Assembly (NCBI GenBank): GCA_035326705.1
Contig: DAOLES010000003.1
Span: forward strand, 129,921 to 193,920
Origin: Oligoflexia bacterium
GTDB lineage: Bacteria > Bdellovibrionota_G > JALEGL01
Direction: 5' to 3'
Length of the DNA stretch: 64,000 nt
Each line of letters opens with the position of its first letter. The stretch's first letter is position 1. Below the pieces are notes generated by a model that saw only the letters and a program-made list of their open reading frames with translations, ran no database searches and had not been told where the DNA came from. This document shows, in pieces, positions 50,257-60,742 of this stretch. The position numbers and the translations under genes are program-made.

Positions 50257-50549
50257 TGTTTCTAAGCGCTTACGCTTCTTTACAACTTTGTAAAAAATCA
50301 TTCTCGCTTCACTCAGATACACTTGTATCATTTCATACGCCGCATCGCTTTTGCGATGCTCTGTATAAGAGGCTCTAAGCGCTTACACGTAATGCAATGC
50401 AAATAATATTTAAAATTACTCTAAGCACGTTCAGTCACTTTATGTGGCTGAACGCACGGGGGTGAGGAAATAAAAACCACGTTTTTTATTTCCGAGGGGG
50501 TCGTGAGCCCCCTCTTAAAAAAGAGCGGAGCGGGACGCGCTAAGAAACA
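50257..50549. repeat. GC-rich 293-bp noncoding element with 14-bp imperfect terminal inverted repeats (GTGTTTCTAAGCGC / GCGCTAAGAAACAC), internal ctctaagcgcttac repeats and hairpins
   Basis: It exactly fills the space between two convergent stop codons. It has no ORF of 60 aa or longer. Its GC is locally higher than the flanks. Internal hairpins include ggaaataaaaa/tttttatttcc and gaggggg/ccccctc. Confidence 0.5.
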
Positions 50550-51086
50550 CTAAAAATGCCAGCCTATACCTAGTTTGAATAGATCAACTCTATAAATGTC
50601 TTCCGCCTCATCAATGATCCATTGACTTACACCTAGACCAGTATTGACTCTTAAGTTATCATTTTTTGTCCAACGTCTTAAGTTCCATTCCAAACCAATA
50701 CCTGCAAACCAGCCTATTTCATTCACGGGTGAATACAAATAAGAAAAATGACCTTGTACAAATGGGCTCAATTCCGTAAAACGCCCAAAATATTTATTGA
50801 TGCCTAAAGAAATACTATGTCTGTGCTGATCATCTACACCAATATTCCAATTTAAATTAAAGGCTAAGGTTCTATCTAGAAAAAACAACCAATCAAATTG
50901 ATAGGCTTGACTTAAACTTTTATCAGAACTTTGACTATGTGACTGAACAACAAAAGAATTACTAAATGCACTCATTCTATCATGTATTTGTGCATTTGCA
51001 TGCCCAAGACAGAAAAAAACTATCCCTAAATAAAGATGCTTTTTTGACAGTTTTATTAAATTTGCATTAAATCGAAAATATGACAT
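50550..51086 (-). CDS. Small outer-membrane beta-barrel protein (OmpW/OmpA-like barrel)
   Basis: 178 aa with a signal peptide, alternating amphipathic beta-strands and a C-terminal ...GIGWHF ending in Phe. Confidence 0.5.
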   Translation of the reverse strand: MSYFRFNANLIKLSKKHLYLGIVFFCLGHANAQIHDRMSAFSNSFVVQSHSQSSDKSLSQAYQFDWLFFLDRTLAFNLNWNIGVDDQHRHSISLGINKYFGRFTELSPFVQGHFSYLYSPVNEIGWFAGIGLEWNLRRWTKNDNLRVNTGLGVSQWIIDEAEDIYRVDLFKLGIGWHF

Positions 51087-52279
51087 TACAAAAACCTTTG
51101 ACTTACCTTTCCATATCTATTTATTGCTTTTTTTGCTCGTTTTTTTTTAGTTTTAAAAATCTTGCTGCACAACATATGACCAATATTAATGCTGGCTATA
51201 AAGATGGTTTTTATTTGGCCACACAAGATGATAAATTTTCTATTAAATTGGGAGGAAGACTTAACTTTTTATACTCTTCCGCCGCACTAGATCAAAATAA
51301 TAATATTCATCGTTTTGATGTCTTACATGGCAAACTTTACTTGGGTGGCCATGCCTATTCTCAAAATATTGAATACTTTTTACAAAGTGCCTTTGGAGAA
51401 TTCCAAGATACAAGCATACGTTTTAAAGTTCCTTCTGAAAGTAATAATCAACAAATGCGCCTTGAAGATTTCTATGTACGCTTAAAGCAAGGCAATAACT
51501 ACTTTCAGCTAGGCCAATTTAAAGTCCCCTTTTCTCGGCAGTCTATGATTTACTCTGGTAACCTTATTGCCCCATTTAGAAACCATGTCAACAATGCCTT
51601 TAGCTTGCGTAGAAGCCAAGGCGTTATGTTATCTCATTACAAACCTACTTTTCATATGTCTGCTGCTTTATTCAACAATCAAAACCCAGTGGCCATAGAC
51701 AACGGCTCACCCATATATCCAGTAACCCATACAAATAATAGTCGAATGATGTATGTAGGAAGAATAGGCATTGCTCCTCAAGGTTATGTCGGGTTTTCCG
51801 AAGGTGATGTTAATGACTCACAAACTGGAAAAATGGAACTTAATGGTGCAGTTGCTTTCTCTCAAAAAAACTCTGTATATGTAGACAATGATAACACTGT
51901 AGACCTCAATGATGTTGACAATTTATCCGTTAATGCTGATTTTATTTGGAAAAAGAAAGGTGTGGCTTTGCAAGCTGAGTATTATTATAGAACACTCATG
52001 GTTGAAAGTGGTTCTGATATCAAAAGTTGGGGCTACTATATTCAACCTTCTATTTTTATTATCCCTTCACAGCTAGAGCTCGCAGGTCTGTATGCTAAGT
52101 CAAATTTAAATGATCAAATTGATGATAGTGCTTTTGAAACAGGCGGGGGTCTTAACATCTATTTTTCCAAAAATCATCGCCACAAACTACAAACTCGTTA
52201 TACTCTTAAACAACACGATTATCAGGGTCAAAAACTGAGTGATCACTGGATTAATTTAGCTCTACAAGTCAGCCTATAA
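51080..52279 (+). CDS. Porin, phosphate-selective porin O/P-like
   Basis: 399 aa with a signal peptide. The N-terminal mature region (GYKDGFYLATQDDKFSIKLGGRL) resembles the OprO/OprP family. Its ATG lies 4 nt from the divergent OMP start. Confidence 0.5.
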   Translation: MTLQKPLTYLSISIYCFFCSFFFSFKNLAAQHMTNINAGYKDGFYLATQDDKFSIKLGGRLNFLYSSAALDQNNNIHRFDVLHGKLYLGGHAYSQNIEYFLQSAFGEFQDTSIRFKVPSESNNQQMRLEDFYVRLKQGNNYFQLGQFKVPFSRQSMIYSGNLIAPFRNHVNNAFSLRRSQGVMLSHYKPTFHMSAALFNNQNPVAIDNGSPIYPVTHTNNSRMMYVGRIGIAPQGYVGFSEGDVNDSQTGKMELNGAVAFSQKNSVYVDNDNTVDLNDVDNLSVNADFIWKKKGVALQAEYYYRTLMVESGSDIKSWGYYIQPSIFIIPSQLELAGLYAKSNLNDQIDDSAFETGGGLNIYFSKNHRHKLQTRYTLKQHDYQGQKLSDHWINLALQVSL

Positions 52280-52391
52280 GTCTTTGCTTAAAAGGCAATA
52301 AAAGTTATCAAGATCCTTGTTTCCTTGGCAATCCCGGCATCTTCATATAGCTTATAAGCAGCAAAATTTTAGTGACTGAAAGGATTTTTTA

Positions 52392-53645
52392 ATGGATTAC
52401 AAAGTTAAAGATATTAACCTAGCCGAAAGTGGAGATAAAAAAATTTCTTGGGCAGAAAGCAGAATGCCCGTCTTGATGAGTTTAAGAGAAAAAGCCAAAA
52501 AAGAGCAACCTTTAAAAGGTCATACCATTGCCGGTTGTCTTCATGTCACCAAAGAAACTGCCGTATTGATTGAAACGCTTAAAACCGCCGGAGCAGAAAT
52601 TGCTTGGTCAGGTTGCAATCCTCTATCCACACAAGATGACATTGCTGCCTCATTGGCCAAGCGGGGGATTGCCATTTATGCTTGGCATGGCATGAATAAC
52701 GATGACTTTTACAAGTGCATAGATGCCACCATAGAAAAGAAACCAAACCTTACCTTGGATGATGGAGCTGACCTTATTTTTACAGTTCACAATAAATATC
52801 CAGACTTAACTGCTGATATTATCGGCGGAACAGAAGAAACCACCACAGGTGTTCACAGGCTAAGAGCCATGGCAAAAGACGGTGCTTTAAAATATCCTGT
52901 ATTTGCGGTCAATGATTCTGCAACAAAATGGGATTTTGATAATGTTTATGGCACTGGCCAATCCTCTTTGGATGGCCTTTTAAGAGCTACCAGTGTACTT
53001 ATTGCTGGAAAAAATTTTGTAGTAGCAGGTTATGGCCACTGTGGTCGTGGTGTTGCCATGCGTGCTCAAGGTATGGGTGCAAAAACCATTATTACTGAAG
53101 TAGACCCTGTAGCGGCTCTTCGTGCAACTTTAGAGGGACACACAGTCATGACCATGGATGAAGCTGCCAAACATGGTGATATTTTTATGACTGCAACAGG
53201 TATGAAAGACGTTATTGTCAAAAGACATTTTGAGTCTATGAAAGACGGTGCTATCGTATCCAACACAGGCCACTATGACTGCGAGTTGAATCTAGCAGAC
53301 TTAGAAAGTATCAAAGAAAACAAACGTGAAATCAGAACCAGCAATGAAGAATACACTTTAAAAAATGGCAACCGAATTTATGTCATTGGTCAAGGTCGTC
53401 TTATCAACTTGGTTGCAGCAGAAGGCCATCCTTCTGAAGTAATGGACATGTCTTTTGCCAACCAGTTCTCTGCTATGGTTAAATTGGCAAAAGAAGGGCA
53501 AAGTTTGGAAAATCAGGTTTATATCCTTCCCAGTGAACTTGATGAAGAAATAGCAGGTATTAAACTCAAGACCATGGGTCTAGGCATTGATAGCTTAACT
53601 GAAGATCAAATTGCTTATCTAACAGATTATGCCTCTGGCACATGA
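52392..53645 (+). CDS. ahcY: Adenosylhomocysteinase
   Basis: 417 aa. The N-terminal DYKVKDI..LA..G, the NAD-binding GYGHCGRG and the overall length are canonical for SAHH. Confidence 0.95.
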   Translation: MDYKVKDINLAESGDKKISWAESRMPVLMSLREKAKKEQPLKGHTIAGCLHVTKETAVLIETLKTAGAEIAWSGCNPLSTQDDIAASLAKRGIAIYAWHGMNNDDFYKCIDATIEKKPNLTLDDGADLIFTVHNKYPDLTADIIGGTEETTTGVHRLRAMAKDGALKYPVFAVNDSATKWDFDNVYGTGQSSLDGLLRATSVLIAGKNFVVAGYGHCGRGVAMRAQGMGAKTIITEVDPVAALRATLEGHTVMTMDEAAKHGDIFMTATGMKDVIVKRHFESMKDGAIVSNTGHYDCELNLADLESIKENKREIRTSNEEYTLKNGNRIYVIGQGRLINLVAAEGHPSEVMDMSFANQFSAMVKLAKEGQSLENQVYILPSELDEEIAGIKLKTMGLGIDSLTEDQIAYLTDYASGT

Positions 53646-53687
53646 TTTCAATAAAGCTCTTAATGGTATGAAAGGATAATAAGCATA

Positions 53688-54248
53688 ATGATTGGATCAA
53701 AACAGCTTAAAGTGGGCATGATTATCAAGCATGAAGGTGAGTTATGGCGTGTTATGAGTACCATGCACACTCAGCCTGGTAAAGGTGGCGCTTATATTCA
53801 AACAAAACTGCGAAATGTTTTAAAAGGTACACAAACAGAGTATCGTTTTAGATCTGGAGAACCTGTTGAAAGAGTAGTACTGGATCAAAGAGACGCACAG
53901 TTTTTGTATGCAGAAGGCGAAACCTACCATTTCATGGACAATACTTCTTATGAGCAAATTCAAATGCAAAAAGACAATCTTGAGAATGCCTTGCCTTATT
54001 TAAAAGATGGTGGGAGTGTTATGATTGAATTGTATGAAGGTAGCCCTATTGGTATTGAAATGCCAAAAAGTGTTCGCTTAAAAATCATTGAGACAGAACC
54101 CTACATTAAAACCGCAACTGCCACTAACTCTCTCAAAGGCGCTAAACTTGAAACAGGGTATTCTGTTAAAGTCCCAGGTTTTATTGAGGAAGGCGAAGAA
54201 ATAGAAATTGACACTAGCACCGGTGAGTACTTAAGCCGAGCAAAATAA
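53688..54248 (+). CDS. efp: Elongation factor P
   Basis: 186 aa with KPGKG and three OB-like domains. Confidence 0.95.
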   Translation: MIGSKQLKVGMIIKHEGELWRVMSTMHTQPGKGGAYIQTKLRNVLKGTQTEYRFRSGEPVERVVLDQRDAQFLYAEGETYHFMDNTSYEQIQMQKDNLENALPYLKDGGSVMIELYEGSPIGIEMPKSVRLKIIETEPYIKTATATNSLKGAKLETGYSVKVPGFIEEGEEIEIDTSTGEYLSRAK

Positions 54249-54758
54249 ATGGCTCTGTACTATCCTTTTTTTCAAGTTGGCGATAAAATAAAAATTGCTG
54301 ATAAACAATTTTTATTGGATTTCAAACAAAAATAGGACAAGCAAATTATAGATTGGTATCACCCCGTCACTGAAAAAGACCATATCCCCTATGCCAATAG
54401 CTATGCTTATATATCCCAAGTTATGACTTACCATGGTGGAGCTATATTGTATGAGCTTCAAGGTAATAATTTAGTCTGGCACCAACCTTGTTTAGTGGAT
54501 GGCTATATTCACTCAGAAAAAAAGGAAGATTCTATCACTGTAGCCTCTGATTTTTATGATGTAAAAACAATAAAAAAGAATAACTCGAACTATTTAGAAA
54601 TTCACGATAAATCAGGTTTTTGTCTGGCTTCTTTTTATACGCTAGATGAAAACCTAAGCCATACTATTCAACAGTTGGCATCTCTTAGAAATAGATACTC
54701 TTTTGAACAGCGTTTTCTATTCTCTCCACGATATGAAACTAACAGCGATGAAGAATAA
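54249..54758 (+). pseudogene. Hypothetical gene translationally coupled to efp, interrupted by one in-frame TAG (54333-54335); intact downstream ORF 54423..54758
   Basis: An ATG at 54249 immediately follows the efp TAA. The same reading frame runs to 54758 except for a single TAG after codon 28. Confidence 0.4.
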
Positions 54759-54802
54759 AATATGATGGAGCTCATAGAATAGAACTCCACCACATTATAA
54801 AT

Positions 54803-55168
54803 TAAGTTAAATATAAGCCGGATTCTGTATGTATTGCTACATTGATCATCATTTATCTAGGCTTGCTGTTACCAACAAGCTCAAGCGATCTACCCAAAAG
54901 CCTCGGGCGGGACACCCTCAAACACTTTTCTATTTGATCTTGCTTCAGATGGGGTTTACCGCACGGCCGCTCACACGGCTCTCGTGAGGGAGCTCTTACC
55001 TCCCTGTTTCACCCTTACCTGTAAGTTACTTACAGGCGGTTTACTTTCTGTTGCACTTTCCTGCAGTCACCTGCACTGGTCATTAACCAGCATCTTTCCC
55101 TATGAAGTCCGGACTTTCCTCTGATATACTACTAAAAATAGTACGTCAGCGATGATCCATTTAACTTT
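54803..55168 (-). ncRNA. rnpB: RNase P RNA, bacterial type A
   Basis: The minus strand carries GAGGAAAGTCCGGACTTCATAGGGAAAG (P4 5' strand), ACAGAAAGTAAACCGCC, GGTAAGGGTGAAA, GGTAAGAGC, CGGTAAAC, AGCAAG..CAAATAG, CTTGAGC, CTAGATAAATGA and ACAGAATCCGGCTTAT (P4 3' strand), in E. coli M1 RNA order. P1 pairs aagttaaat with atttaactt. The ends are approximate. Confidence 0.85.
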
Positions 55169-55271
55169 ATTCAAACCGTTCTATCAAAATGTTAATAAAA
55201 GAAAAAGTATATTTTTTGAGATAAACCTTAAAAAACAGCTCCCTCAACTTTAACAAAAGCAGTTAAAAACT

Positions 55272-55697
55272 CTAGAATTTACTATCCAAGGCAATATTTG
55301 CCAGTTCATCCGCACGTTTATTGTACTCGCGTCTAACATGTTCAATCTCAAACGAATCAAATAATTGAATTTTATCCATAGCCTGTTGCCATAATTTTTT
55401 TAATTCTGGATTTTTAACTTTATAGATACCTTGAATTTGCCGGACCATAAGCTGTGAATCTGCATAAATTTTTACATTTTTACACATTTGAGCTTTGGCC
55501 AAATCAAGCGCTTCAAGAAGCGATGTATACTCAGCAACGTTATTGGTAGCCTGTCCAATATATTTTGCAACCGTAGCAAGCTCTTGTCCATCTTTAGCGC
55601 ATAAACTAACTCCTACTGATGCTTCTCCCGGATTGCCTCTTGAAGCTCCATCAATGTAAGCTATGCATATTGGTGAAGATTTTTTTTTATCGTTCAA
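55272..55697 (-). CDS. rnhA: Ribonuclease HI
   Basis: 141 aa with DGASRGNPG and the DEDD catalytic residues. Confidence 0.9.
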   Translation of the reverse strand: MNDKKKSSPICIAYIDGASRGNPGEASVGVSLCAKDGQELATVAKYIGQATNNVAEYTSLLEALDLAKAQMCKNVKIYADSQLMVRQIQGIYKVKNPELKKLWQQAMDKIQLFDSFEIEHVRREYNKRADELANIALDSKF

Positions 55698-56424
55698 TGT
55701 AGTCTTCTAGATATAAAATTCTGTGACAATTGGGGCAGTTGTACAAATCTTTTTTAGTTTGCATTTCATTCACCATTTGGGGGGGTAAACTCATGTAACA
55801 ACCTTTACAAACACCCTCATCTACACAGACAACTGCTTTATTTAAGCGTGTACGAATAAATTTATACTTGCTCAATAAAGCTTTCTCTATGTGATCATGG
55901 TATTGGTTGACTTCATTTTGGCGTTTGGAAATCTCTTGCGCGTAATAGTCACTCTTTTCATCAACCAAACTTTTAACATCATCAAACTCTGTTTCAACTT
56001 GTTCTAACTCTATTTTTTTTTGTTTTAAAGACTCTTCCAACTTTTGCAACTCTTCACTATGAGAAGCAATGGTTTGCTCCAAAGTAAAATTGCTTTTTTC
56101 AGTGGAATCAATTTCTCTACGTAAAGCTTGATATTCAAAATTATTTTTAATTTCATTTAATCTTATTTTACTTTTATTCAAGCGGGTCACTTCTAAACCA
56201 AGTTTTTCTTCTAAACTTATTTTTTCGGCTGTTAAGGTTTCTACACGACTATTAAGGCTTTTATATTGACTTAAAATTTGATCATAATTGTTTTTTACCG
56301 ACTCTAGTTGATTAGGATAACCTTCTCTCTCAGACTTAATTTTATCCAACTCTATATCCAGCGTTTGTAATTTTAACAACTCTTCAAAATGCATCATCCA
56401 TAACCCCATTATAATATTTATCAA
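55687..56424 (-). CDS. Coiled-coil protein with C-terminal C4 zinc ribbon (COG1579/DUF164-like)
   Basis: 245 aa. A long coiled coil is followed by C.GC...CPNC. It overlaps the rnhA start. Confidence 0.55.
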   Translation of the reverse strand: MINIIMGLWMMHFEELLKLQTLDIELDKIKSEREGYPNQLESVKNNYDQILSQYKSLNSRVETLTAEKISLEEKLGLEVTRLNKSKIRLNEIKNNFEYQALRREIDSTEKSNFTLEQTIASHSEELQKLEESLKQKKIELEQVETEFDDVKSLVDEKSDYYAQEISKRQNEVNQYHDHIEKALLSKYKFIRTRLNKAVVCVDEGVCKGCYMSLPPQMVNEMQTKKDLYNCPNCHRILYLEDYIER

Positions 56425-56442
56425 CTCACTTTAAACCAAGTA

Positions 56443-56518
56443 TGGTGGGCCCTCCAGGATTTGAACCAGGGACCTGCCGGTTATGAGCCGGATGCTCTAA
56501 CCACTGAGCTAAGGGCCC
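56443..56518 (-). tRNA. tRNA with CAU anticodon (elongator tRNA-Met type, or tRNA-Ile2 if lysidinylated), CCA encoded
   Basis: The minus strand reads GGGCCCTTAGCTCAGTGGTTAGAGCATCCGGCTCATAACCGGCAGGTCCCTGGTTCAAATCCTGGAGGGCCCACCA. It has a 7-bp acceptor with G1-C72 paired, so it is not an initiator. D loop, anticodon loop CTCATAA and T loop are present. The T stem has one U-U mismatch. Confidence 0.85.
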
Positions 56519-56630
56519 GCTAAACTTATGTTTAACCACTCTTATTTAAAGTTTATGCATTAATTTCATAGTTCTTACTTTTTTGCAATCATCTTTAGAG
56601 CTTATGCAAAAATAATCACTCTAACATACT

Positions 56631-58397
56631 CTAATTGTCTATGAATGTTTTAAGCTTCTTAGCACGGCTAGGATGTCTAAGCTTACGTAAAGCTTTGGCT
56701 TCAATTTGACGTATACGTTCACGTGTCACATCAAAATCTTGGCCAACCTCTTCAAGGGTATGGTCTGACTTTTCACCAATACCAAATCGCATGCGTAAAA
56801 CTTTTTCCTCACGGGGTGTTAAGGTTGCAAGAATTTTACGGGTTTGCTCTGACAAACTCATTCCAACAACAGCATCAGATGGATTAATTGCATTTTTATC
56901 TTCAATAAAATCACCCAAGCTTGAATCTTCTTCTTCACCTATAGGCGTTTCCAAAGAAATTGGCTCTTTTGCAATTTTTAGAACTTTACGCACTTTATCA
57001 ACTGGCAGCTCCATTCTTTCCGCAATTTCATCTGGAGAGGGCTCTCTGCCCAGTTCTTGAACCAAAAATCTTGAAGTTCTGACCAATTTATTGATGGTTT
57101 CAATCATATGTACAGGAATACGAATTGTTCTCGCCTGATCTGCAATTGCGCGAGTAATGGCCTGACGGATCCACCAAGTAGCATAAGTTGAAAACTTATA
57201 ACCTCTTCTGTACTCAAATTTATCAACAGCTTTCATCAAACCTATATTACCTTCTTGAATCAAGTCCAAGAACTGTAAACCTCTATTGGTATATTTTTTT
57301 GCAATAGAAACCACCAAGCGTAAATTAGCTTCAATCAGCTCTGCCTTTGCTATATCTGCTAAACGCTCACCTTTACGAATTCTATTGTAAGTATCTTTAA
57401 GCTGCTTAGCTGTCATGCCAGCATCTTCTTCAACACTTAAAACTCTTTTTTCTGCAACTCTGATTGCTTTCACTAGATCTACTAAAACTTCTAAAGAAAT
57501 CTTTTTTAACTTTTTTTCTACTTTTTTAGCTTCGGCACTGCCTTTTTTAGACTCTTTGAATAAAGCTTTTAATTCTTTTGTTGTTTTACCCGATCTTTTT
57601 TCAGCAGATGTAAAAACTTTTTCAGATTGATCAATCTTTAAAATCATTGTTTTTAAACGAGATACAATCCTATTAATCCATTTGCGATTAAGGTTAATTT
57701 CCTTAAGCGTCTCAAACATCTTAATATAATTTTTTTCTACTTTTTCAGTGATTTGACGTTTTTTTAAATTTGACCGACCTGCAGTTTTTTTGTCTTTCAA
57801 CTGCTTTTCGTTATCTTTGTCAATACGCTTAATTCTATCAATCAGCTTAAGAACTGCTTTGGTGGTACCTTCTTCATCAAATGTTTCATCATCTTCTTCT
57901 ATACCACGAATAAGATCTTTAATTCTTATGGTTCCTTTTTTAAGCTTTTCACCTATATTTAAAATTTCTTTTACACCTAAAATAGAACGAATAAGGATTT
58001 GAAGCACATCGTCTTCACCTTCTTCTATTCGTTTAGCAATTTCGACTTCGCCTTCTCGAGTAAGCAAAGCAACAGAACCCATGCGTTTTAGATAAACTCT
58101 AACTGGGTCATTAGATTTTGAATCACTATCATCCGTGGTATCTTCACCTTCAGAGTCATCTTTTGAGCCAGCTTTCAGTGCCATACCTTCTTGTTCAGAA
58201 TCAACAATACTTATGTCCATCTCTCCAAACATAACCATGATATCATCAAGCTGGTCATTAACCACGACATCTTTAGGCAATACATCATTAACCTCTTCAT
58301 AGGTTAAATACCCTTTTTCTTTACCTGTCTCTATGAGGTTTTTGACTACATTAACATCTTTATTTTCGTCGTCTCTCATACTGCCTCCTTGACTCAT
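56631..58397 (-). CDS. rpoD: RNA polymerase sigma factor RpoD (sigma-70)
   Basis: 588 aa with regions 1.2 to 4.2, including the rpoD box [40 protein letters not shown]. Confidence 0.95.
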   Translation of the reverse strand: MSQGGSMRDDENKDVNVVKNLIETGKEKGYLTYEEVNDVLPKDVVVNDQLDDIMVMFGEMDISIVDSEQEGMALKAGSKDDSEGEDTTDDSDSKSNDPVRVYLKRMGSVALLTREGEVEIAKRIEEGEDDVLQILIRSILGVKEILNIGEKLKKGTIRIKDLIRGIEEDDETFDEEGTTKAVLKLIDRIKRIDKDNEKQLKDKKTAGRSNLKKRQITEKVEKNYIKMFETLKEINLNRKWINRIVSRLKTMILKIDQSEKVFTSAEKRSGKTTKELKALFKESKKGSAEAKKVEKKLKKISLEVLVDLVKAIRVAEKRVLSVEEDAGMTAKQLKDTYNRIRKGERLADIAKAELIEANLRLVVSIAKKYTNRGLQFLDLIQEGNIGLMKAVDKFEYRRGYKFSTYATWWIRQAITRAIADQARTIRIPVHMIETINKLVRTSRFLVQELGREPSPDEIAERMELPVDKVRKVLKIAKEPISLETPIGEEEDSSLGDFIEDKNAINPSDAVVGMSLSEQTRKILATLTPREEKVLRMRFGIGEKSDHTLEEVGQDFDVTRERIRQIEAKALRKLRHPSRAKKLKTFIDN

Positions 58398-60181
58398 AAA
58401 CCTTCTGGTTTAGAGTTTGTTTGTAAAGTTTTTTTTAAGCTTTCAATCTCACTAAAAATAGCATGTATATCTTCCGTAGATTGACCTTCACTGCTCTTTA
58501 GTTGTTCTGTTAAAAATTTTATACGTTTGGTTTTCATTTTTTTAATACAATCCGACCAAATCTTTTCCCAATCTTCCTGGATATCATAGTTATCTTCTAA
58601 AAATGCTTTGCTTAAAGCTCCAATATGTTCTTTTACCGGCCACAAATCAATACTTCTGGCCAAATTGCTTTCAGCTGTCGCATTTTCGCGATTGGCATCC
58701 AACCATGATAAAATATGTTCTTGAAAGCTTTGATCAAAATATTGTTCAGCTTGATCTTTTATATAACGATCAAAACTTTGTGGAACTTGCAAAAGAACTC
58801 GTAACAATAAACTTTCCTCACGCCAGAACTTTTCTTGAACACTGTTTTTATGCAAAGATTTTTGCATTTGTGTCACAGGTTTTTTTACTTTTATAAAGCT
58901 ACTTTTTCCATAAAAAATATCTTTTTCAACCGAGGTCTGGCTTACCAATTGATTCAACAAAGCTTCTTTTAAATAAACATCGCTTGTTAGCTTGATTAGT
59001 TCTACTAAAGTTTCAATTGCCATTGATTTTTTTCTTATATCTTGGTTACTTAAAAACTCCTTCTCAATATAGTAATCCAATAGTTTTTTAGGGTTGACCA
59101 ATTGTTGGGTTAAGCTTTTAAACTTATGCTTGTCTTTTGCAACGCTATCTGGATCTTCCCCTTCTGGTAAAAAAATGACTCTTGCATCCAAACCTTCACT
59201 AACGGCTGGAACTAAAGCTTTATATGCGGCATTAACCCCCGCTTGATCACCATCAAAAATAAAAACAATTTGATCCGTATACTTGCGCAAAACTTTGGCG
59301 TGATCTTTAGTAAAAGCTGTTCCCAAAGATGCTACGGCATTGTTTTGCCCTGCTTGATGTAAAGAAATGACGTCTGTATAACCCTCTACAACAATGGCTT
59401 TACCTTGTTTTTTAATGGCTTCTTTTGCTTGCCATAGACCAAAAAGTGTCCGACGTTTATTAAACAATATATGTTCTGGTGAATTGATATACTTGGGTTT
59501 ACTATCATCAAGAACTCTAGCGCCAAAACCAATGGTCTGACCTTCGGTATCAGAAATAGGAAATACAATACGATTTCTATACATATCGTATACCCCTTTT
59601 TCATTTCTTCCTATTAAGCCTGAAGTCAACATATGTTTCTCTTCAATGCCTCCTTTTTTCACCAAAGCCTGATACAAATGTTTGGTCCCAGCTGGCGCAA
59701 AACCTATGCCCCACTTTTTTTGAATATCACTAGCATAGCCTCTTTTTTCAAGATACTCTCTGGCAAAAGCTGCTCTAGGCGACTTTGCCAAACATTTTTG
59801 AAAACATTGATTGGCATAAGCAAACAAATCTCTCATTTTTTTCTTTTGCTCTTTTTGCTGTTGATACTCTTGTGCTGATTGCCCCTGCTTGTATGGCCCT
59901 AAATCAATCCCTGCTTTACTCGCTAAACTTTCCAATGCTTCTGGAAAACTTAAACGATGATAATTCATCATAAATGAAAATACCGTACCACTTTCACCAC
60001 AGCCAAAACAGTGATACAACTGTTTCTCTTCACTGACAGAAAAAGAAGGTGTTTTTTCTTCATGGAAAGGACAACAGCCCATCCAGTTGCTCCCTGAACG
60101 CTTTAAACGCGTTACTTGCGAGATAAGGTCAATTAAATTAGTTCTATGCCTAATTTCATCAACAATATCACTTGGAACCAA
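58394..60181 (-). CDS. dnaG: DNA primase
   Basis: 595 aa with a zinc-binding domain ([11 protein letters not shown]...CFGC) and a Toprim domain. It overlaps the rpoD start by 4 nt. Confidence 0.95.
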   Translation of the reverse strand: MVPSDIVDEIRHRTNLIDLISQVTRLKRSGSNWMGCCPFHEEKTPSFSVSEEKQLYHCFGCGESGTVFSFMMNYHRLSFPEALESLASKAGIDLGPYKQGQSAQEYQQQKEQKKKMRDLFAYANQCFQKCLAKSPRAAFAREYLEKRGYASDIQKKWGIGFAPAGTKHLYQALVKKGGIEEKHMLTSGLIGRNEKGVYDMYRNRIVFPISDTEGQTIGFGARVLDDSKPKYINSPEHILFNKRRTLFGLWQAKEAIKKQGKAIVVEGYTDVISLHQAGQNNAVASLGTAFTKDHAKVLRKYTDQIVFIFDGDQAGVNAAYKALVPAVSEGLDARVIFLPEGEDPDSVAKDKHKFKSLTQQLVNPKKLLDYYIEKEFLSNQDIRKKSMAIETLVELIKLTSDVYLKEALLNQLVSQTSVEKDIFYGKSSFIKVKKPVTQMQKSLHKNSVQEKFWREESLLLRVLLQVPQSFDRYIKDQAEQYFDQSFQEHILSWLDANRENATAESNLARSIDLWPVKEHIGALSKAFLEDNYDIQEDWEKIWSDCIKKMKTKRIKFLTEQLKSSEGQSTEDIHAIFSEIESLKKTLQTNSKPEGL

Positions 60182-60244
60182 AGAATATCCCTCTCAAACT
60201 ACAGTCTATTGTGAAATAAAACGGTATTTTCATGTAATGTAACA

Positions 60245-60448
60245 TTAAAACCGAGGTGTCGATTTTCTTGCTGTCAATACATTACGTTTACGAGCCATAA
60301 TCGCTTTTTTCTTTCTTTTCACGCTTGGCTTAACGTAATGCTCTCTTTTTTTTACTTCGGCTAAAATCCCTGCTTTTTCACAGATTTTTTTAAACCGGCG
60401 CATGGCCGCTTCAAAAGATTCGCCGTCTCTTACTTTAACTAAAGTCAT
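60245..60448 (-). CDS. rpsU: 30S ribosomal protein S21
   Basis: 67 aa, basic, with [21 protein letters not shown]. The rpsU-dnaG-rpoD operon order is classic. Confidence 0.9.
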   Translation of the reverse strand: MTLVKVRDGESFEAAMRRFKKICEKAGILAEVKKREHYVKPSVKRKKKAIMARKRNVLTARKSTPRF

Positions 60449-60742
60449 GATATCATCACTCTCCTAAAAAATTCAATAACTTAGTCAGTTAATGCGGCAA
60501 TGTTACATATAATACACGTTAAGTCAACCTGCTTCTCGCTTTATTTTTGCTTGAGAACCCTTCTCCTCTATACCTGGAGTTTTTTTCTAAATGATGCTCT
60601 AGCTCGTTTATTTGATCAAGGCTAAAAAACGCGTTTTGGGCCTAATTACCAAAGTTTTATTGCTTAAACACAGCCCAAGCTTCTTAATTAAGGCTAATCT
60701 AAGGTGCATTTTAAAACCAAATTGTGTTAGTCTGCTTAAGAC

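Noticed and set aside
50257-50549. Interpreting the GC-rich element as a riboswitch or 5' leader (for example c-di-GMP GEMM because of cgggacgcgc)
   Set aside because: Both flanking genes converge on the element, so there is no downstream gene to regulate. The motif match is only partial. It is kept as a repeat, MITE or sRNA candidate.
52280-52391. SAH riboswitch upstream of ahcY
   Set aside because: The leader is AT-rich and lacks the GC-rich pseudoknot core (GAGGAGCGCUGC...AGGCUC) of SAH riboswitches.
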